Shown: positions 44,738 through 54,109 of the stretch, piece by piece | Layout of the letters: each line of letters opens with the position of its first letter | Numbering within the stretch: position 1 is the stretch's first letter | IMG/VR virus record: IMGVR_UViG_3300043251_000023 | Span: 9,544-73,543 of that record | From: a virus | DNA length: 64,000 nucleotides | Strand: one strand, 5' to 3' | Made by a program: the position numbers and the translations under genes | Notes under the pieces: generated by a model | What the model was told of the DNA's origin: nothing | The model's database searches: none | The model's input: the letters and a program-made list of their open reading frames with translations, nothing else

Positions 44738-46131
44738 CGAAGAGAATCGCCGCCTTTGCGGCCGGTCTTTTCCTTCTCCTCGCCTTCGCCTTCCCGGCGG
44801 CGGCGCAGTTCGACCAGGCGTCCTACGCCGGGACCGGAGCGGGCTCCGCGAACGCGCAGACCATCACCTTGCCGAACGCCACGCAATACAGCGATCTTCT
44901 CGGCGTTCTGATCAAGTACATTCCCGGCGTGACGAACACGGCCGCGGCCACGCTCGCCGTATCCGGTAACGGCGGTGCGCTGACCGGCGGTCCCATCTCT
45001 TTCCGCAAGCCGTCCATCGGCGGTCTGGTCGCCCTGACCGGCACCGAACTGATCGTCGGGCAACCCGTTTGGATCATGTACGACGGGACCTATTTCGACG
45101 TTCTGAGTGTGACCAGCAGCACGGTGACGGCCGCGAATCTCGCAAACTCGGCGCTCGGTTTTATGCCAGTCAATTCTCAGCTCAATGCTGCGGTGTCGGC
45201 TAACGCGCTGACGATCTCACTGTGTTCGGCCAACTCCGGCAGCAATACGTGCATCAATCCAAGCGCGACGAGTCCGGTCCTGATCCCGTTCCGTGATTCC
45301 ACGATTGCCTTTGGTGATCCGACTATCGTTCCGGTCACTGGCGCGCTCAGCTTCACCATCGCGTCTGGGCAAACGATGGGCTGCGTCAATAACCAGATGT
45401 GCCGGCTCTGGATTCTCGCCTTCAACAATGCCGGGACGGTCCAGCTTTGCGCGTTCAACGCGCTCAGCGGAACGTCGGTGGCGCCGATCAACGAGGGCGT
45501 CCTGCAGACGAGCCAGTCCGGCACTTCAGGCGGCTCGTCGGCGCAGCTTTATTACTGCAACGCCTCGGCGGTGACGAACAAGGCGGTCCGCATCCTCGGC
45601 TACGTCGAGATCAGCGAGTCCACGGCGGGGACTTGGGCGACCGGGCCGACCTACGTTCAGTTGTTCGGCCCGGGCGTGAAGAAGCCCGGTGACGTAGTCC
45701 AGCGCATTTTCTCGACTAATAGCACTTCGTATTCGTCGACGACGTCCTACGCGGCGGCGACGAATTTCAACCAAGCCATCACGCCGACGTCGGCGGCAAA
45801 CCCTGTGTTTGTTCATGCAGAAGCCAATTACCAGACGACCGCGAACGACGGCAGCAACGCTCAGATCGGCCGAACGAGTTGCTCGAATCTGGTGGGGAAT
45901 AATGCGGTGCTCAGTGGAAGCACCGCCGTGATTGGCATGGCGCCAGTATCGGCCATCGACTCCCCAAACACCACCTCGTCCGTCACTTACGTTCTGTGCC
46001 TGAAATCGTCGGTTAATGGCGCGACCGCGTTCAACAATAATACCGGCAACATCAGTTCGATGTCGGTCGAGGAGATTATGGGCGCGCTAGAACCGGCGAA
46101 CGACGACCAACCGCTCCGCATGGTGGGCTGA
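44734..46131 (+). CDS. tail fibre-like protein with N-terminal Sec signal peptide
   Basis: MTKRIAAFAAGLFLLLAFAFPAAA/Q; fibre motifs NTAAATL, PGDVVQ, AITPTSAAN; 8 Cys. Confidence 0.75.
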   Translation: MTKRIAAFAAGLFLLLAFAFPAAAQFDQASYAGTGAGSANAQTITLPNATQYSDLLGVLIKYIPGVTNTAAATLAVSGNGGALTGGPISFRKPSIGGLVALTGTELIVGQPVWIMYDGTYFDVLSVTSSTVTAANLANSALGFMPVNSQLNAAVSANALTISLCSANSGSNTCINPSATSPVLIPFRDSTIAFGDPTIVPVTGALSFTIASGQTMGCVNNQMCRLWILAFNNAGTVQLCAFNALSGTSVAPINEGVLQTSQSGTSGGSSAQLYYCNASAVTNKAVRILGYVEISESTAGTWATGPTYVQLFGPGVKKPGDVVQRIFSTNSTSYSSTTSYAAATNFNQAITPTSAANPVFVHAEANYQTTANDGSNAQIGRTSCSNLVGNNAVLSGSTAVIGMAPVSAIDSPNTTSSVTYVLCLKSSVNGATAFNNNTGNISSMSVEEIMGALEPANDDQPLRMVG

Positions 46132-46132
46132 C

Positions 46133-46459
46133 ATGGCAGCGACTCCCGTCACGCCGCAACCGGCGCTCAACTCTCAGGTCGCCGTCGGCGGAACCGCGGT
46201 GAATGTCTTCGGGCCGGCGCCGAATGGCGGCTATCTCCAGAACCCGGCGTCGGCAAACGATCAGGGCATCGGCGCTGCGGAAGACTTGATCGTCAATCCA
46301 GTCACCGCGGCAGTCGCGCCCGGCGTCGCCGGCGGCGTCAATGGAACGAACTTCCGCATCCCCCCCGGCGGGGGATGGAATCTCATCGCTGGACAGACGA
46401 CTCCTACTTCGATGAACGCGGCAACGTCGGGCCACAAGATAAGCGGCGTGTCTTATTGA
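46133..46459 (+). CDS. small virion protein, paralog of the 43020 N-domain
   Basis: GGYLQNP.S..DQG...AE.L.V...NAATSGHKISGV. Confidence 0.7.
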   Translation: MAATPVTPQPALNSQVAVGGTAVNVFGPAPNGGYLQNPASANDQGIGAAEDLIVNPVTAAVAPGVAGGVNGTNFRIPPGGGWNLIAGQTTPTSMNAATSGHKISGVSY

Positions 46460-46469
46460 GGAACGAAAA

Positions 46470-49400
46470 ATGCTGAATATCGCGCGCGCATTTGCGTTCC
46501 TTGCCGTCGTTGCATTCGGCGGTTCCGCCGTTGCACAACCTGGTCCGGGACAAAATAGCGGCCCGGTCCCACCGCCGTCGCCTTGGCTCTATGCGGCGCC
46601 GCAGATTTATCCCCCGACTGGATCTTGCGTGACGATGCCGCAGACCGTGCCAGGCGGCTGCCCGGGCGCAGGCAACGCGATCAACGTCTCTGGCGGCTAT
46701 TATCTTAACGGCGTTGCCCTTGATAGCATAAGCAGCGTCACGCCTCCTCTAAGTGTCAGCTCTGGAGTTCTCAGCATTCTCAATGGGACCTCCATTGCCA
46801 ATCCCGGTACGGGAACGCTTGAAGATTTAGTGCCATCGCAGACGATCACCGGAACCAGCAAAGTTTACGCCACGGTCGATCTCTGGAAGCGGACACGACG
46901 TTCCAATTCCGGAACGGCGATGACCGACACGCTACCGGCTTCTTCGGCAACGGGCATGGTCAATGGCGCCCGCATTGAGATCAAGAACGTGGATGCTTCG
47001 GCGACGGACACGGTCAGTGCCGGCGCCGGGACGACAATCATTGGCGGGGCATCCTTCTCGCTCCAGGCAGGCCGCGACCTAGAGTTGACCTATGACCTCG
47101 CAAACACGACGTGGCGAGCGGAGGCCAATACCGATACCGCGGCGCTCATCAATCAGCCGAACTTCTACAGCGCGGACAACTATTTTGGTTCGGGCCGTCC
47201 AGTGTGCGACCCGCGTGCAAAAGGGGCAGTTGGCAACGGGAGCACAGACGACAGCGCGGCGTTCAAGGCTTGCCGCGTGGCACTTGATGCTATTGGCGGC
47301 GGCGTTATCTATGTGCCGCCAGGGAATTACTGTCTAAAGACCGCCGACGCGAACAACGCGGTCATCGCAATTTCGGCAACGCCGATCACGGTCATCGGCG
47401 CCGGCATCAACGTCTCAAATCTATGGACCTGCGGTACCGACGTTACAATCGGTTACGCGAATATCGTTGGCGCCGGCTTCTTGAATTTGAGCTACCTGGG
47501 CAAAGGGGGTCAAGGTAACCCTAACGACACCACCTTTGGTGCTACGTCGCCAGCTTTCAAATTTGATACGTCATGCGGTATTTGTCGGATCAGTTACGTG
47601 CGCGGCTTTGGCGGCCTCTATGCTCTGCAAAACCTTGGCTTTGATAGCTGGGTATCGGACTTCTCATTCGGCTACACTTACGGCAACGCGATCATGTATG
47701 AGGCTGGCAACGGCCATCGGGTGGAACATGGCGCGCTGGATCAAAATTGGCCGGTCGTTCTGCCGAACCAAAATTCAGTCACGATCAGCGCGTGGCAAGC
47801 GACGCATTCCTACAGCGGCAACGGCGCTTCGAACACGAATGTCGTTTCGACGCAAGGCTACAATATTCAGCTTGTGAGTGCGAGTTGCACTAGCGGCGGT
47901 ACCGCGCCGCCCTTGAATAATTACGGAACTGTGATTGTGGATGGGTCCTGTTCCTGGCAACTCGTCGGCAACACGACCTATTACGGGGAGGATTGCGACG
48001 GGAATTGCGCCGAACTTATCCTGCATGGCGAGGTCGATCTGAATTGCGGCGGCTGCACATACGACTTCGCCATGACGAACAACAATGCTGGAACCGCCCC
48101 CAACGTTGTGACCGTCGACGGATCAAGCATCGGGCAGGCCATAATCGCACCTATCGGGCTGCTCGCCGGGTCAGGGTTTACGCTGTCGAACAGCCATATC
48201 GCGACCTCCGTACAGGGTGGGGCGTTGGGCCTATACGTCCCGGCAAGCGGCTTCACCGGGGACGCGTCCATTGTCGGCAATAGATTTAGCGGGGGCGGCG
48301 CGTGCATCGGAATTGGCACTGCGCCGTCTGGACAGGCCGGATATACGATAACCGCTAACCGGTTTTTAAGCTGTTCCCAGGCTATCGATTATTTCAATAC
48401 CGGGGCGGCGCTGCACATTACGGCCGGTCACAATACGATGGTCGGCGTCAGCAATGCGTGGGTGTCGCCCGCCGGCTCAAGCTATTACGAATTCACCAAT
48501 AACGATGTGGGTGGAGCGGCAGTCACCTTCACGAGTGGGGACGCCAACAAGAAGATCGCCGGCAACGACGGTTCGGCAACGCCTGTTAGTAACGGTGGCA
48601 CTGGTTTAGCTACATTGACAGCGCACGCGGTTCTGCTCGGCGAGGGCGCCGGTAACGTCGCCTTTGCCACCATCGGCACCGGTGGCAGGCTGTTGATCGA
48701 CCAGGGCGCGGTCGATCCCGTCTTCACCGCGATGAGCGGCGACGCCGCGCTGGCAGCGAGCGGCGCGCTAACGCTGGCGACAGTGAACGGCAACGTCGGC
48801 ACCTTCGGCGGCGCCAACGCCATCCCGAGCATCACCGTCAACGGCAAGGGCCTCGTCACCGCCGTCTCGACCGTGGCGCCGAACCCGACCCAGGTTAACG
48901 GCGTCTCCTTCGGCGCCGCACCGATCGGCACCAACACCGTCTGCGTTGCGACCAGCACCACTGCTTGCGCTTGGAGTTCGGTGCCGAACGCGGCGCTCGC
49001 CAACTCGACGATCTCGGGCGTCTCGCTCGGCGGCAGCCTCGCGGTGCTGAGCTACGGAACGCACCTGACCAACGGGGCCGGGGCCGGCTCCTACAACGGC
49101 TCCGCCGCGTCAACGCTCGCGACTGACGCGACCAACACCAACACGGCGTCGACCATCGTCGCCCGCGACGGCTCCGGCAACTTCTCCGCCGGGACAGTCA
49201 CGGCCAGCCTGACGGGGCACGCGTCACTGGACCTCGCGCTGACCGGGGGGGCGATGTCGGGCAACATCGCGATGGCCGGCAACTCGCTCACTGGAGCGAT
49301 GGGGCTGAACGGCGTCGAGACGATTCTCAGCGGCGGCAACATCGGCTTCGGCACCGAGACCAACCCGCAGGCGGCGTTCGTCTTCAGCGCGAACACCACG

Positions 49401-50159
49401 ACCGGCATCACGTTTCCGGTCAACACGAGCGGGCTCTGGTCGATCAGCGCCAACTCCGGCAACGTGCCGGGGTTCAACGCCCTGGCGTTTGCCACGAACG
49501 GCAGCAACTTCTTCTTTCGCGCCGACGGCACCGCGGCGAGCCCCACGGCGCTCGCGCTCAACGACAACATCGGCGCCATCACCTGGGGCGGCTACGCCGG
49601 GTCCACCGCCGGCTACGTCTCCAGCAAGGCCCGCATCGCGGGCATCGTGATCGACGCCTCGGGCTACGGCACCTCGACGCAGGGCACCGGCATCGAGTTC
49701 GACGCCACGCCGTCCGGCAGCACCACCCGCGCCCAGGCCGGTCGCTTCATGGCGGGCTTCATCGTGGGCACCGGCACGACCGACCCCGGCGCCGGTAATG
49801 AACTTGTCGGTGGTCATATCCTAGCAACCGGAACGGCGCCGACGATTTCTGCCTGCGGCACCGGAACGCCGACGATCTCCGGCGGCGACAACTTCGGGAC
49901 CGTGGTGGCTGGCACTGTCGCCACGTCGTGCGTCGTCAACTTCGGAGCGACCTGGGGTGCCGCCCCGCGTTGTGCCGTCTCGTCGGGAACAGCCATTGCT
50001 TCTTTGACTGTCAGCGCCACGACGACGCAACTGACGATCACCGGGACCGCGCTCGGCGGCGACACGATCAACTGGGTCTGCGGGAGCACCGCCAGCCTGG
50101 AACCGAATGGTTCGCCGGCCAACGACAATGCGCCACCGTGGCTATCCAAAGCCGCTTGA
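46470..50159 (+). CDS. tailspike/fibre with pectate-lyase-like beta-helix and N-terminal Sec signal peptide
   Basis: MLNIARAFAFLAVVAFGGSAVA/Q; GAVGNGSTDDSAAF...GGGVIYVPPGNY; fibre motifs ITVNGKGLVT, TIVARDGSGNFSAG. Confidence 0.85.
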   Translation: MLNIARAFAFLAVVAFGGSAVAQPGPGQNSGPVPPPSPWLYAAPQIYPPTGSCVTMPQTVPGGCPGAGNAINVSGGYYLNGVALDSISSVTPPLSVSSGVLSILNGTSIANPGTGTLEDLVPSQTITGTSKVYATVDLWKRTRRSNSGTAMTDTLPASSATGMVNGARIEIKNVDASATDTVSAGAGTTIIGGASFSLQAGRDLELTYDLANTTWRAEANTDTAALINQPNFYSADNYFGSGRPVCDPRAKGAVGNGSTDDSAAFKACRVALDAIGGGVIYVPPGNYCLKTADANNAVIAISATPITVIGAGINVSNLWTCGTDVTIGYANIVGAGFLNLSYLGKGGQGNPNDTTFGATSPAFKFDTSCGICRISYVRGFGGLYALQNLGFDSWVSDFSFGYTYGNAIMYEAGNGHRVEHGALDQNWPVVLPNQNSVTISAWQATHSYSGNGASNTNVVSTQGYNIQLVSASCTSGGTAPPLNNYGTVIVDGSCSWQLVGNTTYYGEDCDGNCAELILHGEVDLNCGGCTYDFAMTNNNAGTAPNVVTVDGSSIGQAIIAPIGLLAGSGFTLSNSHIATSVQGGALGLYVPASGFTGDASIVGNRFSGGGACIGIGTAPSGQAGYTITANRFLSCSQAIDYFNTGAALHITAGHNTMVGVSNAWVSPAGSSYYEFTNNDVGGAAVTFTSGDANKKIAGNDGSATPVSNGGTGLATLTAHAVLLGEGAGNVAFATIGTGGRLLIDQGAVDPVFTAMSGDAALAASGALTLATVNGNVGTFGGANAIPSITVNGKGLVTAVSTVAPNPTQVNGVSFGAAPIGTNTVCVATSTTACAWSSVPNAALANSTISGVSLGGSLAVLSYGTHLTNGAGAGSYNGSAASTLATDATNTNTASTIVARDGSGNFSAGTVTASLTGHASLDLALTGGAMSGNIAMAGNSLTGAMGLNGVETILSGGNIGFGTETNPQAAFVFSANTTTGITFPVNTSGLWSISANSGNVPGFNALAFATNGSNFFFRADGTAASPTALALNDNIGAITWGGYAGSTAGYVSSKARIAGIVIDASGYGTSTQGTGIEFDATPSGSTTRAQAGRFMAGFIVGTGTTDPGAGNELVGGHILATGTAPTISACGTGTPTISGGDNFGTVVAGTVATSCVVNFGATWGAAPRCAVSSGTAIASLTVSATTTQLTITGTALGGDTINWVCGSTASLEPNGSPANDNAPPWLSKAA

Positions 50160-50197
50160 CCGCGCTATTCTTGAGTTCGTCAACAGGGAAAACCACC

Positions 50198-50680
50198 ATG
50201 CGAATCATCGCCATTGCTCTTGCCGCCATCGCCATTGTGACGCCAGCCGCCGCTCAATCTCCAAAGCCACTCACCGTCCTGCAATGCCTCACCGTTCTTA
50301 AAGGCCTCTCCGCTCTCGGCTGCGTCGGCGAACAACTCGACGGGACGTGCACGCCCGACGCCAAGCAGTACAAACTCGGCGCGCTCCGGCTGACCACCGG
50401 CCTGAATATCTCGCGCCTTCAGGACTTGGCGAACACGGTCCAGCGCGCGCAGAACGGCTTCAACTCAGAACTGCCGCCGCTCGATCCGAAGGCCTTCGAT
50501 GCCGACAAGGTCGCGCGCGGCAACCAGATTCAAGCGAACTGGAACAAGATTATCGACGCGGAGTGCCCGGTCCAGCCCGGCCACATCAAGGCGTCCGACT
50601 TGAAGCTCGGCGATGGTCCGGACGAGAACGCGGTCCCGCCGTCCGTACTTGGGGCGCTGGCGCCGATCATTGACCCCTGA
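50198..50680 (+). CDS. secreted fibre-associated (chaperone-like) protein
   Basis: MRIIAIALAAIAIVTPAAA/Q; 4 Cys; directly after the tailspike. Confidence 0.7.
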   Translation: MRIIAIALAAIAIVTPAAAQSPKPLTVLQCLTVLKGLSALGCVGEQLDGTCTPDAKQYKLGALRLTTGLNISRLQDLANTVQRAQNGFNSELPPLDPKAFDADKVARGNQIQANWNKIIDAECPVQPGHIKASDLKLGDGPDENAVPPSVLGALAPIIDP

Positions 50681-50693
50681 CCGGGAGGCAAAA

Positions 50694-51524
50694 GTGCAGC
50701 ATCCTTTTCAAGTTCTCAGCCCGGAATACACGCATCTGCTCGCGCAGATGAAGATCACGCGAGTCGCTGACGTCGACGCGACGGCGGAGAGGTTGCTGAA
50801 GTATGTCGACGCCGGACATTACGATGCTGGGTGTAAGGCAACCGGAGTCCCGATCATCGTCGCCGCCGCTTCCTTCGAGCGGGAGGCGTCGTCAAACTTC
50901 AACCTCAACCCGGCGCAGGGATGGCCGCTGCACGAAAAGTCGAAATGGACTCCCTACAATGGCCCATTTGACGATTGGACGACGGCGCAGATCGCGGCCT
51001 ACAAGATCGACGGCCTTGACAAGATCGGAGCCGCAAACTGGTCATGGGAATACGGTTGCTATGAGGAGGAGGGATTCAACGGGTGGGGTTACCGCGCGCA
51101 CGGCATCCCGTCGCCGTACCTCTTCGGTGGGACCAATATCCAGAAGCCTGGAAAGTACACCTCAGACGGCCGCTTCGATGCGTCCGTGATGGACACGCAG
51201 CTTGGGGTGATCCCGATCATGCTTCGGATGGTCCAGATCAGGCCGTCTCTCGCGCTGCCGTTTCCTTTCCCCGCCGCCACAGCGAGCCCGGTTGTCGTCC
51301 CGGTCCCGACGCCGGCGCCCGTCGGGCTGCAGAACGCGGAGATGCTCCAGAACGCCTTGAATGAACTCGGCGCCGACCCGAAACTCGCCGTGGACGGCAA
51401 CTTCGGAAGACAGACGCGGCGCGCGCTGATCGCTTTCCAGGCCGCGAACGGTCTCGAACCTGATGGCTTGGCAGGCCCGCTCACCTGGAAAATTATCAAC
51501 TCCAAGATCGCGATGCCGAAGTAA
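50694..51524 (+). CDS. endolysin (lysozyme-like) with C-terminal peptidoglycan-binding domain
   Basis: EREASSNF, EGFNGWGY...SPYL.GGT...GKYTSDG; LQNALNELG...VDGNFGRQT...FQ...DGLAGPLT. Confidence 0.88.
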   Translation: MQHPFQVLSPEYTHLLAQMKITRVADVDATAERLLKYVDAGHYDAGCKATGVPIIVAAASFEREASSNFNLNPAQGWPLHEKSKWTPYNGPFDDWTTAQIAAYKIDGLDKIGAANWSWEYGCYEEEGFNGWGYRAHGIPSPYLFGGTNIQKPGKYTSDGRFDASVMDTQLGVIPIMLRMVQIRPSLALPFPFPAATASPVVVPVPTPAPVGLQNAEMLQNALNELGADPKLAVDGNFGRQTRRALIAFQAANGLEPDGLAGPLTWKIINSKIAMPK

Positions 51525-51540
51525 TCAACAGGGGAAGCCG

Positions 51541-51909
51541 ATGCAGAACAGCGAATCCTGGAGCAACACGCAGAAGATTCTCGCGTTCGTCATCGTCGAC
51601 GCGCTGATCGTCGTCATCCTGATTTGGATATTTCACCCGCCAACCGGAGACGCCGCGTCGAACTCCGTTCTCAATGTCCTCGTCGGCGCGCTGGTTGGGA
51701 TGGCCGGCATGGTCGCCACCTTTTATTTTGGTTCGTCTCAGGGCTCGAAGGACAAGGACCAGGCGTTGATCGGCGTCGCGACTCAGTCCGGAACAGGGAA
51801 CGGCGGCGGTTCGACCTCGACCGCGACGGTGACGGCCCCGAGCGCGACAAGTCCTGGCTCCGCCACCGTGACCTCCACCGACCCCGCAACCCCAGCAAAG
51901 GCAGTCTGA
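51541..51909 (+). CDS. holin-like 2-TM protein
   Basis: Two TM segments, then FYFGSSQGSKDKD. Confidence 0.75.
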   Translation: MQNSESWSNTQKILAFVIVDALIVVILIWIFHPPTGDAASNSVLNVLVGALVGMAGMVATFYFGSSQGSKDKDQALIGVATQSGTGNGGGSTSTATVTAPSATSPGSATVTSTDPATPAKAV

Positions 51910-51912
51910 CTC

Positions 51913-52068
51913 ATGAACCCCGCACTCACCGCCGTCCTCGCCAACAACAAGGCCGATGTTCTTGCTATCGTCCAGAAGATCGGCCTAGAAACCATTATCG
52001 AACTGGCCCCACACTTTGCGGCCATCTTGGCCACTGCGCAGGCGGCGTCAGTTCCGAAGACCGCCTGA
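51913..52068 (+). CDS. small amphipathic protein (51 aa)
   Basis: MNPALTAVLANNKADVLAIVQKIG... Confidence 0.55.
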   Translation: MNPALTAVLANNKADVLAIVQKIGLETIIELAPHFAAILATAQAASVPKTA

Positions 52069-52164
52069 CGATTTCTGTTAGGTGTTGTGCCGAAGACACA
52101 GCCTCGGCGCGACTCGGCGTGTAGGATGCCCCCGTAAATTTTCAACAACAGGGGAGTCATCCCA

Positions 52165-52971
52165 ATGACGCGCAAGTTTCTCCTGGCGACGACCGCGCTC
52201 GTCGCTCTGAGCGCCTCCGCTTTCGCCGCCGATCTTCCGTTGAAAGCACCGCCTGCCGCTCCTGCTGCTGCCGGTTCCGGCTGGTACGTTGGCATTCTCA
52301 CCGAAGCCGACGTTGCTCAATCGAACGTGAGTGGCACGAACGTATTCGCGACCAGCCTCGCCAGCGGTAATCTGACCGCAACCGGCGGCGCCGTGGGTGG
52401 CGAGTTCGGCTATATCGGGAATGGTCCCATCGGGTGGTATCGACTTCAGGCCACTGGCGAATGGAGCGACATTTCTGGCGCCGAGACCGTTCAATCGACG
52501 GCAACGACCAGCGCGGCGAGTGCAGCCGTTGCGAGCCGATGGTCCGCGACCCAAGAGTTCGACATCGGCTTCGAGTGGATTCAAAAAATCTACGCGGCGC
52601 TACCGACTCTCGGCGTCATCAACTTCCCGACGTTTACTCCGATCACGCCGACAGTCCCCGTCGGGGCACCGCGCCAGTACGTTGGCGTCGGCATCAAGGA
52701 AGCCGGCCTAACCGGCACCTTTGGCGCCGCTCAGGGTACCTCTGTCGGCGTCTACCCGATGATCACCGGCGGCTTCATCTGGCCAACGCTCAACGCGGCC
52801 GGCAAGCCGAACGGTGGCGCGATCGACGCCTCCGCCGGCGTGGCGTTTCCGGTCAAGGGATTCACCGTGGGGAACGCCTTCGCGACGGATGGTGCCCCTC
52901 TGACGCTCGGCGCTGGCGCTAGCCTCGGCACGCAGTACTGGACCCGGCTGAGCTACCAGTTCGGCCTGTGA
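52165..52971 (+). CDS. outer-membrane beta-barrel protein (Omp25/RopB-like)
   Basis: Signal peptide, then AADLPLKAP, GWYVG, GGEFGY; C-terminal RLSYQF. Confidence 0.8.
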   Translation: MTRKFLLATTALVALSASAFAADLPLKAPPAAPAAAGSGWYVGILTEADVAQSNVSGTNVFATSLASGNLTATGGAVGGEFGYIGNGPIGWYRLQATGEWSDISGAETVQSTATTSAASAAVASRWSATQEFDIGFEWIQKIYAALPTLGVINFPTFTPITPTVPVGAPRQYVGVGIKEAGLTGTFGAAQGTSVGVYPMITGGFIWPTLNAAGKPNGGAIDASAGVAFPVKGFTVGNAFATDGAPLTLGAGASLGTQYWTRLSYQFGL

Positions 52972-53058
52972 GACTGGAACTCTTCGGCCTAGTCGCCTAA
53001 TCTTGAGCCGTCGCGAATCCCTCGCGGCGGCTTTTCAACAGGGAAAGGGAGAAATCCG

Positions 53059-53568
53059 ATGTCAGAGTTCACCGATCAGAGGCGCAAGATTTACGACGCG
53101 GCAGCGGCGTTCATTAGTCAGTTCGGCGAGGGCGCCAACAGTATCTGCGATCAGATGGCGGACGCGGAGGCCAAGTTCGAGGAGCAGACCGTCGTCATCG
53201 CGTCGCAGAACGAAACGATCAAGTCGCTGCAGGAAGAGAACGAACGCATCACGGCCGATTTTCAAGTCAGGATTGACCTGCAGGAGCAGGAGATAACAGC
53301 CCTGCGGAGCCAACTCGGGCAGAAGAGTAAGGAGTTCTCCGGGCTCTCGCGGACGGTCCATTCAATGATCATCAGCGCCAGGAACATCGTCTCCCTCGGC
53401 GCGCACGGTATGAACCTCGTGGCCCGCGACGCGGTGGGAGACAAAATCGTCACGCAGCTCCGCGGCCACCCGCAGCGGCAGACGACGGCAGAAGGCGCGT
53501 CGCTGAGTTCGGTCCTCAACGCCGCCGGGGAACGCCTTCCGACGGAGCGCGAGCGGGCGACCGGCTAA
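53059..53568 (+). CDS. coiled-coil protein
   Basis: Heptad-rich; TCAACAGGG leader. Confidence 0.7.
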   Translation: MSEFTDQRRKIYDAAAAFISQFGEGANSICDQMADAEAKFEEQTVVIASQNETIKSLQEENERITADFQVRIDLQEQEITALRSQLGQKSKEFSGLSRTVHSMIISARNIVSLGAHGMNLVARDAVGDKIVTQLRGHPQRQTTAEGASLSSVLNAAGERLPTERERATG

Positions 53569-54041
53569 TGCCGATCATTGTCCGATTCGTTCGCAGTATC
53601 GGGCTAGCCTCAGACGGCATCGTCGCCCTTGAAAAGACGGCGATGCCGTTTACGCCTTCGCACGTCGAGGCGCTCACGCCTGACGGGTTTCTCCTCGGCG
53701 CCCATCTATCCGGCGGGACGCAGAAGCGGCCGAGAGACTACGACGCGGGACAATTCAGCCACGAGTTATTCCTGACGCTAGAGGCGACCGATGACCAGGC
53801 GGCCGCCTTCTACGCCTTCCTCGATAAACACGTTGGCGAACCCTACGACTGGAAGGCAATCCTCGGCTTCATTTTGCCGGAACACGAACACACCCTTGAT
53901 CACGCCATTTGCTCGGCCCTGATCGCGCTCGCGCTCCGGGCCTGCAATTACTTCCGGTGGCCGCTGGCTGCGCCGGCGCATTTGGTCGATCCCCGCGATC
54001 TCCTGCTCATCCTCAGCGCCCGCATGGCTGTGCCGATGTGA
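53568..54041 (+). CDS. permuted papain-like amidase (YiiX/YaeF-like)
   Basis: SHVEA ... VGEPYDW ... ICSAL. Confidence 0.75.
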   Translation: MPIIVRFVRSIGLASDGIVALEKTAMPFTPSHVEALTPDGFLLGAHLSGGTQKRPRDYDAGQFSHELFLTLEATDDQAAAFYAFLDKHVGEPYDWKAILGFILPEHEHTLDHAICSALIALALRACNYFRWPLAAPAHLVDPRDLLLILSARMAVPM

Positions 54042-54066
54042 AACCGGCCGATTCGTGGTAAACAGC

Positions 54067-54096
54067 GCCTCGGCCTTCACTGGCCGGGGCTTTTTT
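54067..54096 (+). terminator. intrinsic terminator
   Basis: GCCTCGGCC/GGCCGGGGC then TTTTTT. Confidence 0.8.
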
Positions 54097-54109
54097 ATGG
54101 GGCAGGTCG

